Shown here piece by piece: positions 15,905 to 31,072 of a stretch of 57,702 bases of DNA. The notes beneath the pieces are model-generated. The model searched no databases. It worked only from the letters and a program-made list of their open reading frames with translations, and was not told the origin of the DNA. Origin of the DNA: Acidimicrobiia bacterium (GTDB taxonomy: Bacteria; Actinomycetota; Acidimicrobiia; Acidimicrobiales; JANYDT01); the NCBI GenBank assembly GCA_031406385.1, contig JANOHI010000022.1, positions 1 through 57,702 of the forward strand. Reading direction: 5' to 3'. The translations under genes and the position numbers were made by a program. The first letter of the stretch is position 1. The number at the start of each line of letters is the position of its first letter.

Positions 15905-15951
15905 GTTCAGCAAACCACGCCCCGACCCACAACACTGTGATCCGGATCACA
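15905..15951 (-). promoter_or_regulatory. candidate CRP/GlxR-dependent promoter of kinase 1: perfect TGTGATCCGGATCACA palindrome + 16 nt + CGTGGTTTGCTGAAC (extended -10-like TGgTTTGCT)
   Basis: The palindrome spans 15936-15951 (TGTGA-N6-TCACA, perfect). The 15-mer at 15905-15919 is identical to the one at 30070-30084. If TTTGCT (15914-15909) is the -10 hexamer, the palindrome centre falls at about -41.5. Confidence 0.55.
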
Positions 15952-16040
15952 CAGCGGCCAGAACGTGGGGGCGGGTGCCGTTCGGCCGCCGTGTGAGTGA
16001 TGGCATCACCTCGGCCAAGCCCACCGTCGAATAGCCCTTT

Positions 16041-17345
16041 TCAGTCGAGCGACGAGCCATGCCCGGACCCAGCGAGCGTCGCCACGGGGACGACGTCGAT
16101 CTGGTCGCTGAGCGCATATCCGCGTGCTCCTGGGTAGTAGACGGTGAGCCGGTCGAGCTTGAGGTCCGTGAGAGCGGCTCGCATCGACGGCGTGATTCGC
16201 GGAGCGTCGGTCCGCTTCACCTCGATACCGATGCGCTGGTCGCCTCGAACGAGCAGGAGGTCGAGCTCGGCGCCGTTGCTCGTTCGCCAGAAGTATGGCG
16301 TCATCAACGGGTCATGACGTCGAATGCATTCTTCGATGACCGCGCCCTCCCACGTTGCACCCGATCGTGGGTGCCGCAGCAACGCCACGCGGTCGTCGAT
16401 GCCGAGGAGTGAGTGAGCGACACCCGAATCTCGGAAGTACACCTTCGGCGAGCGGACTTGGCGCTTGTCGAGATTCTCGTGCCATGGACGGAGGACTCGG
16501 GTCAGCATCGCATCGGACAGAACATCTATGTACTTACGGACTGTTGTTTCCGCAATGCCGAGGGCACGAGCCGGCTCGGCACTGTTCCAGAGTTGCCCGT
16601 GCGCGTGAGCAACAAGCGCGAGAAAGCGCTCGATCGTCGCCGCCGGAAGACCCAATCCGAAATCCGGGAGGTCTCGTGAGGAGAGTGTCCGGATGTAGTT
16701 GGTACGCCAGCGCACCGACGAGAGCTCATCGTCGGCCAGGTACGCCCGGGGAAATCCGCCCCGGAGCCACAACTCGTCGAAGTGATCAGCTCCGACATCG
16801 GCAAGAGAGAAGCCTCCGAGTTCGATCACCTCGAGTCGACCGGCGAGAGATTCCGACGCCTGGCGAAGCGCGGCCGGTGACGCGCTTCCGAGGACCAGGA
16901 ATCGTGCCGGACTGCCGGTTCGGTCAGCGAGCACTCGCAACACTGGGAACAGGTCCGGCCGTCGTTGTATCTCGTCGATGACGATGGTTCCTCGGAGGTT
17001 TTCGAGCGCCAGCATCGGCTCATCGAGACGGGCCAGGTCACGCGGGTCTTCGAGGTCGAAGTATGACTCGCCGCCCGCCGGTACGACGTTGCGGGAGAGG
17101 GTCGTTTTGCCGGTCTGACGAGCGCCGACGAGAAGGACGACGGGACTCCGAGCGAGCGCCGCGCCCAGCATGGCTTGGGCATCATTCCGAGGAATCACCC
17201 GGGTGAGTGTACCATGCAATACAGCGTCCAGCGCGGGGAATTGATTGGTGTAGAGGTGACGGGGGAAGACCCGTACCGCGACTGCTGGCACAAGCTCGCA
17301 GCGCGAACCCATTGGGCGGAGGCTGGTCTGTGCGACGTGCGTCAC
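16041..17345 (-). CDS. AAA+ ATPase of the AAA_14/DUF4143 type
   Basis: Walker A is LLVGARQTGKTTL and Walker B-like is TIVIDEIQR. The C-terminal part has the DUF4143-like pattern (YFRDSGVAHSLLG...GATWEGAVIEE). The true start is probably downstream of the track start. Confidence 0.75.
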   Translation of the reverse strand: MTHVAQTSLRPMGSRCELVPAVAVRVFPRHLYTNQFPALDAVLHGTLTRVIPRNDAQAMLGAALARSPVVLLVGARQTGKTTLSRNVVPAGGESYFDLEDPRDLARLDEPMLALENLRGTIVIDEIQRRPDLFPVLRVLADRTGSPARFLVLGSASPAALRQASESLAGRLEVIELGGFSLADVGADHFDELWLRGGFPRAYLADDELSSVRWRTNYIRTLSSRDLPDFGLGLPAATIERFLALVAHAHGQLWNSAEPARALGIAETTVRKYIDVLSDAMLTRVLRPWHENLDKRQVRSPKVYFRDSGVAHSLLGIDDRVALLRHPRSGATWEGAVIEECIRRHDPLMTPYFWRTSNGAELDLLLVRGDQRIGIEVKRTDAPRITPSMRAALTDLKLDRLTVYYPGARGYALSDQIDVVPVATLAGSGHGSSLD

Positions 17346-17403
17346 AACCTCCTACGATGCGTGCCGCTTCGCAACGAGCGGGGCCGAGACCACTGGAGCA
17401 TCC

Positions 17404-18504
17404 ATGTCGTCACCCGCCGCCGTCCCGCTCCCAGCCCGGATGGGCGACGTCACCCCGGCCTGGCTCACCTCGGCCCTCCAAGCGGCCGGGCACGACGTGG
17501 AGGTCGCCTCGGTCGACGCCACGCCGCTCGGCGTCGGCATCGGGATGATGTCGGGGTTGCAGAGCCTCGTCGTCACCTACGCACGCGGCACCGGCCCGGA
17601 ACGCCTTGTGCTCAAGATGCCGGCCGAGAACGACGTGAATCGCGCCGTCGCCGACCTTTACCACCTCTATGCCCGCGAGACCCTCTTCTACCGCGACGTT
17701 GCCCCGAAGAGCTCGGCCTACACCCCGACCGTCTACCGTGCCGATCTCGAGGGCGACAACTTCGTCCTTGTCATGGAACACCTCACCGATTACACGCTCG
17801 GGGATCAGGTGAAGGGATGCACACTGGAGGAGACGCAGGGCGGGGTCGCCTGGCTCGCCCGTCATCATGCGTCGCTGTGGGGTCAGACCGACGATCCGAT
17901 GTTCGCCTTCCTCCCGATGGTGTCGCCGTCGTACAGCTCCGAAGGGCTGGCGCAGGGATGTGCGTTCGGTTGGGATCCGATGACCGAGCTCTTCAGCGAT
18001 GTCGTGCCTCCGCGGATCGCCGCGCTGAAGGACAGGTACCTTGCTGCGTTGCCGAAGCTGTTCGACTGGATGGCCACGCCTCCGCTCACCGTCGTGCACG
18101 GCGACTTCCGCATGGACAACCTCTTCTTCGGATCGCTGCCCGGCCAGGAGCCGCTGATCGCCGTCGACTGGCAGGGCAGCCTTCGAGGACGCGCATCGCA
18201 GGACATCGCCTACTTCTTCAGTGGCAGCCTCCCCGTCGAGATTCGTCGCGAACATGAACGCGCGCTTATCAATCAGTGGCACGCCGGTCTCGTCGCCGGC
18301 GGCGTCACGGGCTTCAGTGCCGACGAGGCGTGGGAGGACTACCGCAAGGCCGTGCTCTACGTCTGGATCATGGCGGTCGTGATCGCGGGGACGCTTGATC
18401 CGACCAACGAGCGCGGTCGCCAGTGGATCTCCGTCATGCTTGAACGCTCGATCGCCGCCATCGACGACCTCGACCTTGTGTCGCTGATGGACGAGATGGC
18501 CTGA
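17404..18504 (+). CDS. phosphotransferase-family protein (APH/ecdysteroid-kinase-like fold)
   Basis: The catalytic-loop motif VVHGDFRMDNLFF and the downstream IAVDWQG are typical of the aminoglycoside/choline-kinase-like superfamily. The antisense 387-aa ORF has no motifs. Confidence 0.8.
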   Translation: MSSPAAVPLPARMGDVTPAWLTSALQAAGHDVEVASVDATPLGVGIGMMSGLQSLVVTYARGTGPERLVLKMPAENDVNRAVADLYHLYARETLFYRDVAPKSSAYTPTVYRADLEGDNFVLVMEHLTDYTLGDQVKGCTLEETQGGVAWLARHHASLWGQTDDPMFAFLPMVSPSYSSEGLAQGCAFGWDPMTELFSDVVPPRIAALKDRYLAALPKLFDWMATPPLTVVHGDFRMDNLFFGSLPGQEPLIAVDWQGSLRGRASQDIAYFFSGSLPVEIRREHERALINQWHAGLVAGGVTGFSADEAWEDYRKAVLYVWIMAVVIAGTLDPTNERGRQWISVMLERSIAAIDDLDLVSLMDEMA

Positions 18505-18508
18505 GCCG

Positions 18509-19294
18509 ATGGGAATGTTCGATGGCCGCGTCGCCCTTGTCACCGGTGGCGGACGGGGGATAGGCCGCGGCATCTCGCTGCTTCTCGCCCGGGAGGGTGC
18601 CGTCGTCGCGGTGAATTACGCGAAGGACGCATCTGCGGCCGACGAAACCGTCGCCGCAATTCGCGCGGCCGGAGGTGAGGCCAAGGCGTATGCCGCCGAC
18701 GTCGCCGACCCCGACGCCGACGCGGCGATGGTCGACGCCGTGACGGCTGACTGCGGCCCGCTCGACCTGCTCGTGAACAACGCTGGCGTCGCGTCCCGGG
18801 GCCGTTCGGTCGCCGATACCGCGGCGGACGAGGCCGAGCGGTTGCTCCGTATCCATGCCATCGGCCCGCACCACCTGTGCCGGGTCGCACTGCCGGCGAT
18901 GCGCGAGCGGGCGGCGGAGCGTGGCCGCGCCGACATCGTCTTCATCTCCAGTGCAGCCACCGACAGCTATGCAGCGAACGGTGCTCCGTACAGCATGGGC
19001 AAGGCGGCGATGGAGGCGTTGGCGTTCACCCTGGCGAAGGAAGAGGTCGGAAACAAGATCCACGTGAACGTCGTCGCCCCGGGTCTCGTGGTGAGCGACA
19101 TGGGTCGCCGCCTCGCCAAAGCGGCGACCGGCGTGACCGACATCCACGAGCTCGATGCCCGGTTCCCGTTCGGTCGGGTGTGCGAGCCCGAAGATGTCGC
19201 CCGAGTCGTCGGGTTCGTCTGCTCCGACGCCTCGGGCTACGTGACCGGTGAGCGCATTCGCGTCCACGGTGGTGGGCAGATGCTGCGGTCCTAA
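18509..19294 (+). CDS. SDR-family oxidoreductase (FabG-like)
   Basis: Motifs: VTGGGRGIGRGI (TGxxxGxG), NNAG, and YSMGKAA (YxxxK). Confidence 0.9.
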   Translation: MGMFDGRVALVTGGGRGIGRGISLLLAREGAVVAVNYAKDASAADETVAAIRAAGGEAKAYAADVADPDADAAMVDAVTADCGPLDLLVNNAGVASRGRSVADTAADEAERLLRIHAIGPHHLCRVALPAMRERAAERGRADIVFISSAATDSYAANGAPYSMGKAAMEALAFTLAKEEVGNKIHVNVVAPGLVVSDMGRRLAKAATGVTDIHELDARFPFGRVCEPEDVARVVGFVCSDASGYVTGERIRVHGGGQMLRS

Positions 19295-19333
19295 GGGTCC
19301 ACGCGGCATTTTCGGTCGAAGTTCGCAGGATTT

Positions 19334-19350
19334 GTTGCTTCCGCAGCAAC
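19334..19350. terminator. hairpin between convergent genes (GTTGCT-tccgc-AGCAAC)
   Basis: A 6-bp stem with a 5-nt loop lies in the 87-nt gap between the SDR gene (+) and cyclase 2 (-). There is no U-tract, so it is only a weak terminator candidate. Confidence 0.3.
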
Positions 19351-19381
19351 GCAGACCCCGAACTCCGGAGTCGAGCACGAC

Positions 19382-20488
19382 TCAGTCGAGGAGGCGGACG
19401 ATCTCCAGGATCGGCACCGGGCGGGTGAGGCCCTTGAAGTCGGTGTCGCCGAGTGAGCGGGCCTCGACCCGGTCTTCCACTGCAGCGTGCACGCGGTTCG
19501 TCACCAGGATCTGCCCGCCGGGGGCGATGCCGCACACCCGGGCGGCGAGATTTACCACGGTGCCGATCGCGGTGTATTCGGTGCGGCCCTCGAACCCGAT
19601 CTCGCCGCACGTCGCAAAGCCCAGCGCGATGCCGATACCGAGGGTGAGCTCGTGTCCCCGACGCCGCCATGCCGTGGACAGCTCGGCGGTGCGCTCGCGC
19701 ATGTCGATGGCGAGCTGGACGGCGTTCCACGACGGATCGTCGAGCTTGACCGGGTCGTTGAAGAACACCAGCATGCCGTCGCCGGTGAACTGGGCGATGG
19801 TGCCGTCATAGTCGAAGATCATCGGGCCGACGGCTTCGTGGAACTCGCGCAGCACGGCCATGACCTCTTCGGGTTCGGCCGTCTCTGAGAACGATGTGAA
19901 GCCGCGCAGGTCGCAGAACAGCACGGTGATCTCGCGTCGATGGCTGGCCAGGATCGACTCGCCGCCGCTGGCGATCGCCTCGGCCAACTGGGGGCTGACG
20001 AAGCGACGCAGCATGGTGAGCCGTTCCACCTCGCGGACCTTCTCGTCGACCCGCTCCGCCAGGTGCTCGTTGAGGTCGCGCAGCTCGTCGGTCATCCGCT
20101 TCTTCTCGACGCAGGCACCGATGCGGGCATGGAGCAGCACAGGATCGAAGGGCTTCGGTAGATAGTCCTCGGCGCCGAGCTTGATGCAGGCGATGATCGA
20201 CGCCATCTCCTCCACCCCGGAGATCACGATGAACGGGATCGCCTTCAGGCGCTCGTTGCCGTGACGGTGCTCGAGGAACGCGTAGCCGTCCATGACCGGC
20301 ATCTCGATGTCGGTGAGCACGACGTCGATGCGGTCGCCTTCGGCTTCGAGCACGGCCAGGCCCTCGTGGGCGTTGCCGGCCTCGAGCACCGCGTAGCCGG
20401 CGTTTCCGAGCGACATCGAGAGCATCGTCCGGTTCAACGGGTCGTCATCGACGACCAACACGGTCGCAGTGGGGGCGGGTTCCGTCAT
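19382..20488 (-). CDS. receiver + coiled coil + class III adenylate/guanylate cyclase (paralog of 6063..7775, lacking the H-box domain)
   Basis: Receiver: TVLVVDDDPLNRTML...VVLTDIEMPVMDG...DYLPKPF. Cyclase: FCDLRGFTSF...FTGDGMLVFFNDP...VVNLAARV. I use the ATG at 20488 (MTEPAPT...); the track start is 20530. Confidence 0.88.
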   Translation of the reverse strand: MTEPAPTATVLVVDDDPLNRTMLSMSLGNAGYAVLEAGNAHEGLAVLEAEGDRIDVVLTDIEMPVMDGYAFLEHRHGNERLKAIPFIVISGVEEMASIIACIKLGAEDYLPKPFDPVLLHARIGACVEKKRMTDELRDLNEHLAERVDEKVREVERLTMLRRFVSPQLAEAIASGGESILASHRREITVLFCDLRGFTSFSETAEPEEVMAVLREFHEAVGPMIFDYDGTIAQFTGDGMLVFFNDPVKLDDPSWNAVQLAIDMRERTAELSTAWRRRGHELTLGIGIALGFATCGEIGFEGRTEYTAIGTVVNLAARVCGIAPGGQILVTNRVHAAVEDRVEARSLGDTDFKGLTRPVPILEIVRLLD

Positions 20489-20572
20489 GGCATGAGTCTC
20501 GCGTGCCGTTCGTGCAGGGAGCGACCCCATGGGAGCGGATGTTGCGACCCCGATGGGGGCGGAGGTTGTTCA

Positions 20573-20597
20573 CCTGGTCGCCCCCGGAGCGACCAGG
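20573..20597. repeat. degenerate third copy of the GTCGCCCCC...GGCGAC hairpin box, 3' of the SDR gene
   Basis: cctggtcgc-ccccgga-gcgaccagg forms a 9-bp stem. The flanks (cacc..., ...gacaccaagcatccgg) are alignable with the box at 21551-21600. Confidence 0.5.
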
Positions 20598-20617
20598 ACA
20601 CCAAGCATCCGGTGTGG

Positions 20618-21487
20618 CTAGCGGAGCTTGCGACCCTTCTTCTCCAACATGCGGTCGTTCACGTCCACCAGTTTCTCGCGCAGGCCGTCGGGCAGCTTGG
20701 TGATGATGCCGACGACCTTGGCGTCGGGCCCGACCAGGTAGCGAGCCTTGGGACGGGACGAGGTGAGCGCGTGCTCCACCGCCTTGGCGACGCGGTCCGC
20801 GTCGACGCCCTTTGTCTTTCCGTGCTCGACGAATGCCCGCTGGCCATCCAGGATGAAGCCGTAGCGATCGCGGAGTCGGCCGGTGAGCCGAGCCTCGCTG
20901 CTGGCCAGGGAATCCTCCCCCTTTTCCCAGATCGCCGTCTTGATCTCGCCCGGTTCGACCACCGACGAACGCATCTTGGTGTTCCGTGACAGTTCGCCAC
21001 GCAGTGCCCAGTTGAACGCCGAGACGGCATGTTTGCTCGCGGCGTACGGTCCGAGGCCCGCTGCAGCGATACGGCCGGCGATCGATCCTATGTGTACGAA
21101 CCTTCCGTCGGCCTTGTCGACAAGTGGCATGGCCTCGCGGGTGAGGGTGACGAGACTGAAGAAGTTCACGTCCATCTGCCAGCGCCACTCCTCATCGGTG
21201 AGTACTTCAGTCGGCCCGCCGACTGCGATGCCGGCGTTGTTCACGAGCCCGTTGAGCGAGCCGACCTCGGTGCCGATCTGGGTGAGAACCCGATCGACGT
21301 GCTCTCGAATGGTGACGTCGAGAATGACCGGTGTGATGTCGCCGGTGGTGGCGGCCACGAGTCGCGCGCCGTCGTCGTCTTTGCGGACACCGGCGTAGAC
21401 CTTCCACCCGTCCTTCGCGAGCCTGGCGACGCACGCGGCCCCGATCCCGGTCGAGGTGCCAGTGATGAGGACGGTCCGTGCGGGCAT
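20618..21487 (-). CDS. SDR-family oxidoreductase
   Basis: Motifs: LITGTSTGIGAA, NNAG, YAASKHA. I use the ATG at 21487, which is preceded by AAGGAG (rc of ggctccttga at 21491-21500). The track start is 21541. Confidence 0.88.
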   Translation of the reverse strand: MPARTVLITGTSTGIGAACVARLAKDGWKVYAGVRKDDDGARLVAATTGDITPVILDVTIREHVDRVLTQIGTEVGSLNGLVNNAGIAVGGPTEVLTDEEWRWQMDVNFFSLVTLTREAMPLVDKADGRFVHIGSIAGRIAAAGLGPYAASKHAVSAFNWALRGELSRNTKMRSSVVEPGEIKTAIWEKGEDSLASSEARLTGRLRDRYGFILDGQRAFVEHGKTKGVDADRVAKAVEHALTSSRPKARYLVGPDAKVVGIITKLPDGLREKLVDVNDRMLEKKGRKLR

Positions 21488-21550
21488 AGCGGCTCCTTGA
21501 TGGGCGGCGTTTTCGGTGGTGAGGCTAGTGAACGGGGACACGACGCCGAG

Positions 21551-21590
21551 ATTGGTACCTGAGTCGCCCCCAGGGCGACTCAGTGCACAA
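21551..21590. repeat. 40-nt hairpin box, copy 3' of the DUF559-like gene of module 2
   Basis: attggtacctgagtcgcccccagggcgactcagtgcacaa matches 22653-22692 at 36/40 positions. The stem is ctgagtcgccc/gggcgactcag (11 bp) with loop cca. Confidence 0.8.
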
Positions 21591-21610
21591 TCATCCCGGG
21601 TTTGGTGCGC

Positions 21611-22555
21611 TCAGGTGAGGCCCGTGGCTCGGAGGGTGGCGACGATCCGGGCAAAGGCCCGTTCGTTCGCGAGGTCGGCATCTACCGCTTCGACGACGCG
21701 CCAAGTGGCCACGGCTAGGAGCCGTCGACGCTCTGCATCACGGTCTTGGGTGACCCGAGAGCCGTGGGTGAAGAACGGGCTCACCTCCAGGGCGACACGG
21801 TCGTTCGGCCAGCCGAAGTCGACCTCCACCTCGACGACCTGACCGGAGCTATCGATCCGCACGGAGTAGTTGCGGGTCCACCCCGTGAGGCCGGCCCGGT
21901 TCAGCCAGCGCCCGACCATTTGCTCCTTGCCGCTTCGGTGCCCGATGCCGTTGGTGCGATCGGCGAGAAGATCGAGCAGCAGCTGCCGTCGAAACACGGC
22001 GTGCGGCGCCGTGGCGTCGAGCATCGCCCGAAGGTTGGCGACCGATGTGAGGCGGTGGGCCAGGCAATGGTCGAGGCATCGCTCGACGGTGCCTGCGTCG
22101 ACGAAGCGGGGGAGCAGGAGGACTGCGGCCGCCGGCGTCGCCAGCCTGGTCGTCATCCACCTCTTGCTGGGCGGGATGATCCGTTGGCGGACGACGGTGA
22201 TCCCGGGCACGCGGACGGCCCGCCCGCTGGCCACACTCAAGACCGCCTCGTCGTGAATGACTCGGGCGGGCACGGGCATCTGGTGGACGATTGCCGCCGA
22301 GGTCGCTGCGATGACCGAACCCGGCACGGCAAGTGCGGCGCCAAGGACACGTTGTTGGGGTGTGGTGGCGAACGGCGCGAGCTTCATGACGTTGGGGTAG
22401 AGCGGCACGAGCGCTCCGGAGTCACGACGCCCGGCCAGGGCGTGCTTGTCGATGCCGCAACGAGTCGCTTGCGCGACGGTGACCAGGCCGAGTTGGTTCG
22501 ACGCGATCGCCCGGATGCGCGCGTCGAGATCGAAGGTGGATTGGAGCCGCGCCAC
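21611..22555 (-). CDS. AbiEi-like wHTH + DUF559/Vsr-like protein (paralog of 8220..9173)
   Basis: Near-identical blocks with the module 1 protein: LLLPRFVDA..VERCLDHCLAHRL, GIGHRSGKEQ.VGRWL and ALEVSPFFTHGSR.TQ.RDAERRRLL. I use the GTG at 22555 (VARLQSTFDLD..., matching MRGAHSTFEIDE... of the paralog). The track extension to 22690 runs through the hairpin box. Confidence 0.7.
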   Translation of the reverse strand: MARLQSTFDLDARIRAIASNQLGLVTVAQATRCGIDKHALAGRRDSGALVPLYPNVMKLAPFATTPQQRVLGAALAVPGSVIAATSAAIVHQMPVPARVIHDEAVLSVASGRAVRVPGITVVRQRIIPPSKRWMTTRLATPAAAVLLLPRFVDAGTVERCLDHCLAHRLTSVANLRAMLDATAPHAVFRRQLLLDLLADRTNGIGHRSGKEQMVGRWLNRAGLTGWTRNYSVRIDSSGQVVEVEVDFGWPNDRVALEVSPFFTHGSRVTQDRDAERRRLLAVATWRVVEAVDADLANERAFARIVATLRATGLT

Positions 22556-22652
22556 GGTGAACCTCCGAGAGGGTTTCGGCGTATGCAGACCCGGGAAAGG
22601 GAACGGAGAGAGTGGCCGGGCGGGTGTGACGGTTCGCCGGGGCGGGCGCGTG

Positions 22653-22692
22653 ATTGGTATCTCAGTCGCCCCCGGGGCGACTGAGTGCACAA
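22653..22692. repeat. 40-nt hairpin box, copy 3' of kinase 2
   Basis: The sequence is attggtatctcagtcgcccccggggcgactgagtgcacaa. The stem is ctcagtcgcccc/ggggcgactgag. Relative to the 21551 copy, the stem position g:c is swapped to c:g (a compensatory change). Confidence 0.8.
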
Positions 22693-22700
22693 CCTCCGGC

Positions 22701-30041
<7,341 letters not shown>

Positions 30042-30069
30042 GCGACTCCTCGTGGCTGGGTTCCGTGCT

Positions 30070-30116
30070 GTTCAGCAAACCACGAGTCGGCGGCGGCCAC
30101 CGTGATCAGGATCACA
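30070..30116 (-). promoter_or_regulatory. candidate CRP/GlxR-dependent promoter of kinase 2: TGTGATCCTGATCACG + 16 nt + CGTGGTTTGCTGAAC
   Basis: The palindrome spans 30101-30116 (15/16 match to TGTGA-N6-TCACA on the coding strand). The identical 15-mer lies at 30070-30084. Spacing is the same as upstream of kinase 1. Confidence 0.55.
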
Positions 30117-30142
30117 CAAGCCCGCACCAACTTCTTCGTGAT

Positions 30143-30182
30143 CCTCAGCGTGCATCTCGTTGCTCACTGAGCAACGAGGCGC
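30143..30182. promoter_or_regulatory. 40-nt conserved palindromic element, copy A (CTCGTTGC-N7-GCAACGAG core)
   Basis: cctcagcgtgcatctcgttgctcactgagcaacgaggcgc matches 33696-33735 at 36/40 positions (hand count). It lies about 27 nt upstream of the CRP-like site of kinase 2, in the kinase transcription direction. Confidence 0.5.
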
Positions 30183-30315
30183 ACACGGAGCGACCAGACG
30201 CATTCACCCGACGAACAAGGAGCGCCCAGGGAGGGACTGTCGCTGCAAGGACTGACCGGGTATGCGCGATTGGGCGCGACTTGAAGTCGACACGCTGTGG
30301 GAACGACGGTTCGCT

Positions 30316-30729
30316 TTACGGCAACGAGCCGCGGGGCGCAATCCACTCGGTGGGCTGGCCGGTGCACGACGCAATACGGTCGTAGTCCTCGTCGTAGTGC
30401 AGCACCGTGAGTCCGCCGGCCTCGGCGGCTGCGGCGATCAGCAGATCGGCGATGGTCACGCTTCGATGGTGAAGACCTCCGACCAGAGACAACGCTCGCT
30501 GAACCACGCGAGCCCGTGCGAAGGTCGAGGTCATCTCAACGCGACGAAGGCCCTCGAGGTTGCGCTCCGTCCGCGCGTAGTCCTTTGCGCTACGAGCGCT
30601 GTAGAGCACCTCCAGGGCGACCTGATCGCAGATCCACACCTTGTCGGCGAGGAGCAGCGTCTGCCAGCGGGCCGCGACGTTGGGGTCAGCCACACGATGC
30701 CAGGCACTGGTATCGACCAGGTACGTCAT
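30316..30729 (-). CDS. vapC: type II toxin VapC (PIN-domain ribonuclease)
   Basis: MTYLVDTSAWHRV carries the first PIN Asp. ...EVLYSA..., ...TIADLLIAAAAEAGGLTVLHYDEDYDRI carry the later acidic residues. The 137-aa protein lies 7 nt downstream of a small antitoxin gene. Confidence 0.85.
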   Translation of the reverse strand: MTYLVDTSAWHRVADPNVAARWQTLLLADKVWICDQVALEVLYSARSAKDYARTERNLEGLRRVEMTSTFARARVVQRALSLVGGLHHRSVTIADLLIAAAAEAGGLTVLHYDEDYDRIASCTGQPTEWIAPRGSLP

Positions 30730-30736
30730 CGCCCGG

Positions 30737-30952
30737 TCACGACGGCTTTGGGCGTGATTCGGCCAGATTCAGCGGCCCGAGATCGAGGCCGTCGGCGGCG
30801 AGCAGCTGTTGGAGCAGCGCCTCACGCCGAGCGGCGCGCACCACTTGCTCGAACGCTGCGTCGATCGTGTCGCGGATCCCGGTCGTCCCGAGTATGCCTC
30901 GCACCTCAGCTAGTCGTTCCTGATCGAGCTCGACTGTTGTGCGTTGCACCAT
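30737..30952 (-). CDS. vapB: type II antitoxin VapB (DUF2191-like)
   Basis: MVQRTTVELDQERLAEVRGILGTTGIRDTIDAAFEQVV... is a typical small VapB partner. I use the ATG at 30952; the track start is 30988. Confidence 0.75.
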   Translation of the reverse strand: MVQRTTVELDQERLAEVRGILGTTGIRDTIDAAFEQVVRAARREALLQQLLAADGLDLGPLNLAESRPKPS

Positions 30953-31072
30953 GCAGATAGTATGTACCACGGAGGGTTCACTGTCCATAGAACGCTCGGG
31001 TGGGTCGGAAGTCAGATCAGCGGAGACATCAGCCGTGCTGACGATTCGGCCTCGTCGGCCAACGCCGAAGCG

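Noticed and set aside
15851-15913. N-terminal 21-codon extension of kinase 1 from the TTG at 15913 (ORF track start).
   Set aside because: The TTG lies inside the conserved -10-like box. The extension has no counterpart in kinase 2. GTG 15850 has a GAAGGA ribosome-binding site and aligns with the kinase 2 start.
15992-16008. Second CRP-like sequence, tgtgagtgatggcatcac, about 45 nt upstream of the perfect site.
   Set aside because: The half-site spacing is wrong for TGTGA-N6-TCACA (N9, or N5 for the inner GTGAT-GGC-ATCAC palindrome), and there is no counterpart upstream of kinase 2.
17410-18573. 387-aa minus-strand ORF overlapping the phosphotransferase gene, and 18434-19378 (-) overlapping the SDR gene.
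   Set aside because: The plus-strand products carry clear kinase-fold (HGDFRMDN) and SDR (TGxxxGxG, YxxxK) motifs. The minus-strand products are low-complexity and Arg/Gly/His-rich.
22556-22690. 45-codon N-terminal extension of the module 2 DUF559-like ORF.
   Set aside because: It reads through the conserved hairpin box and is Pro/Arg-rich. The paralog alignment starts at the GTG at 22555.
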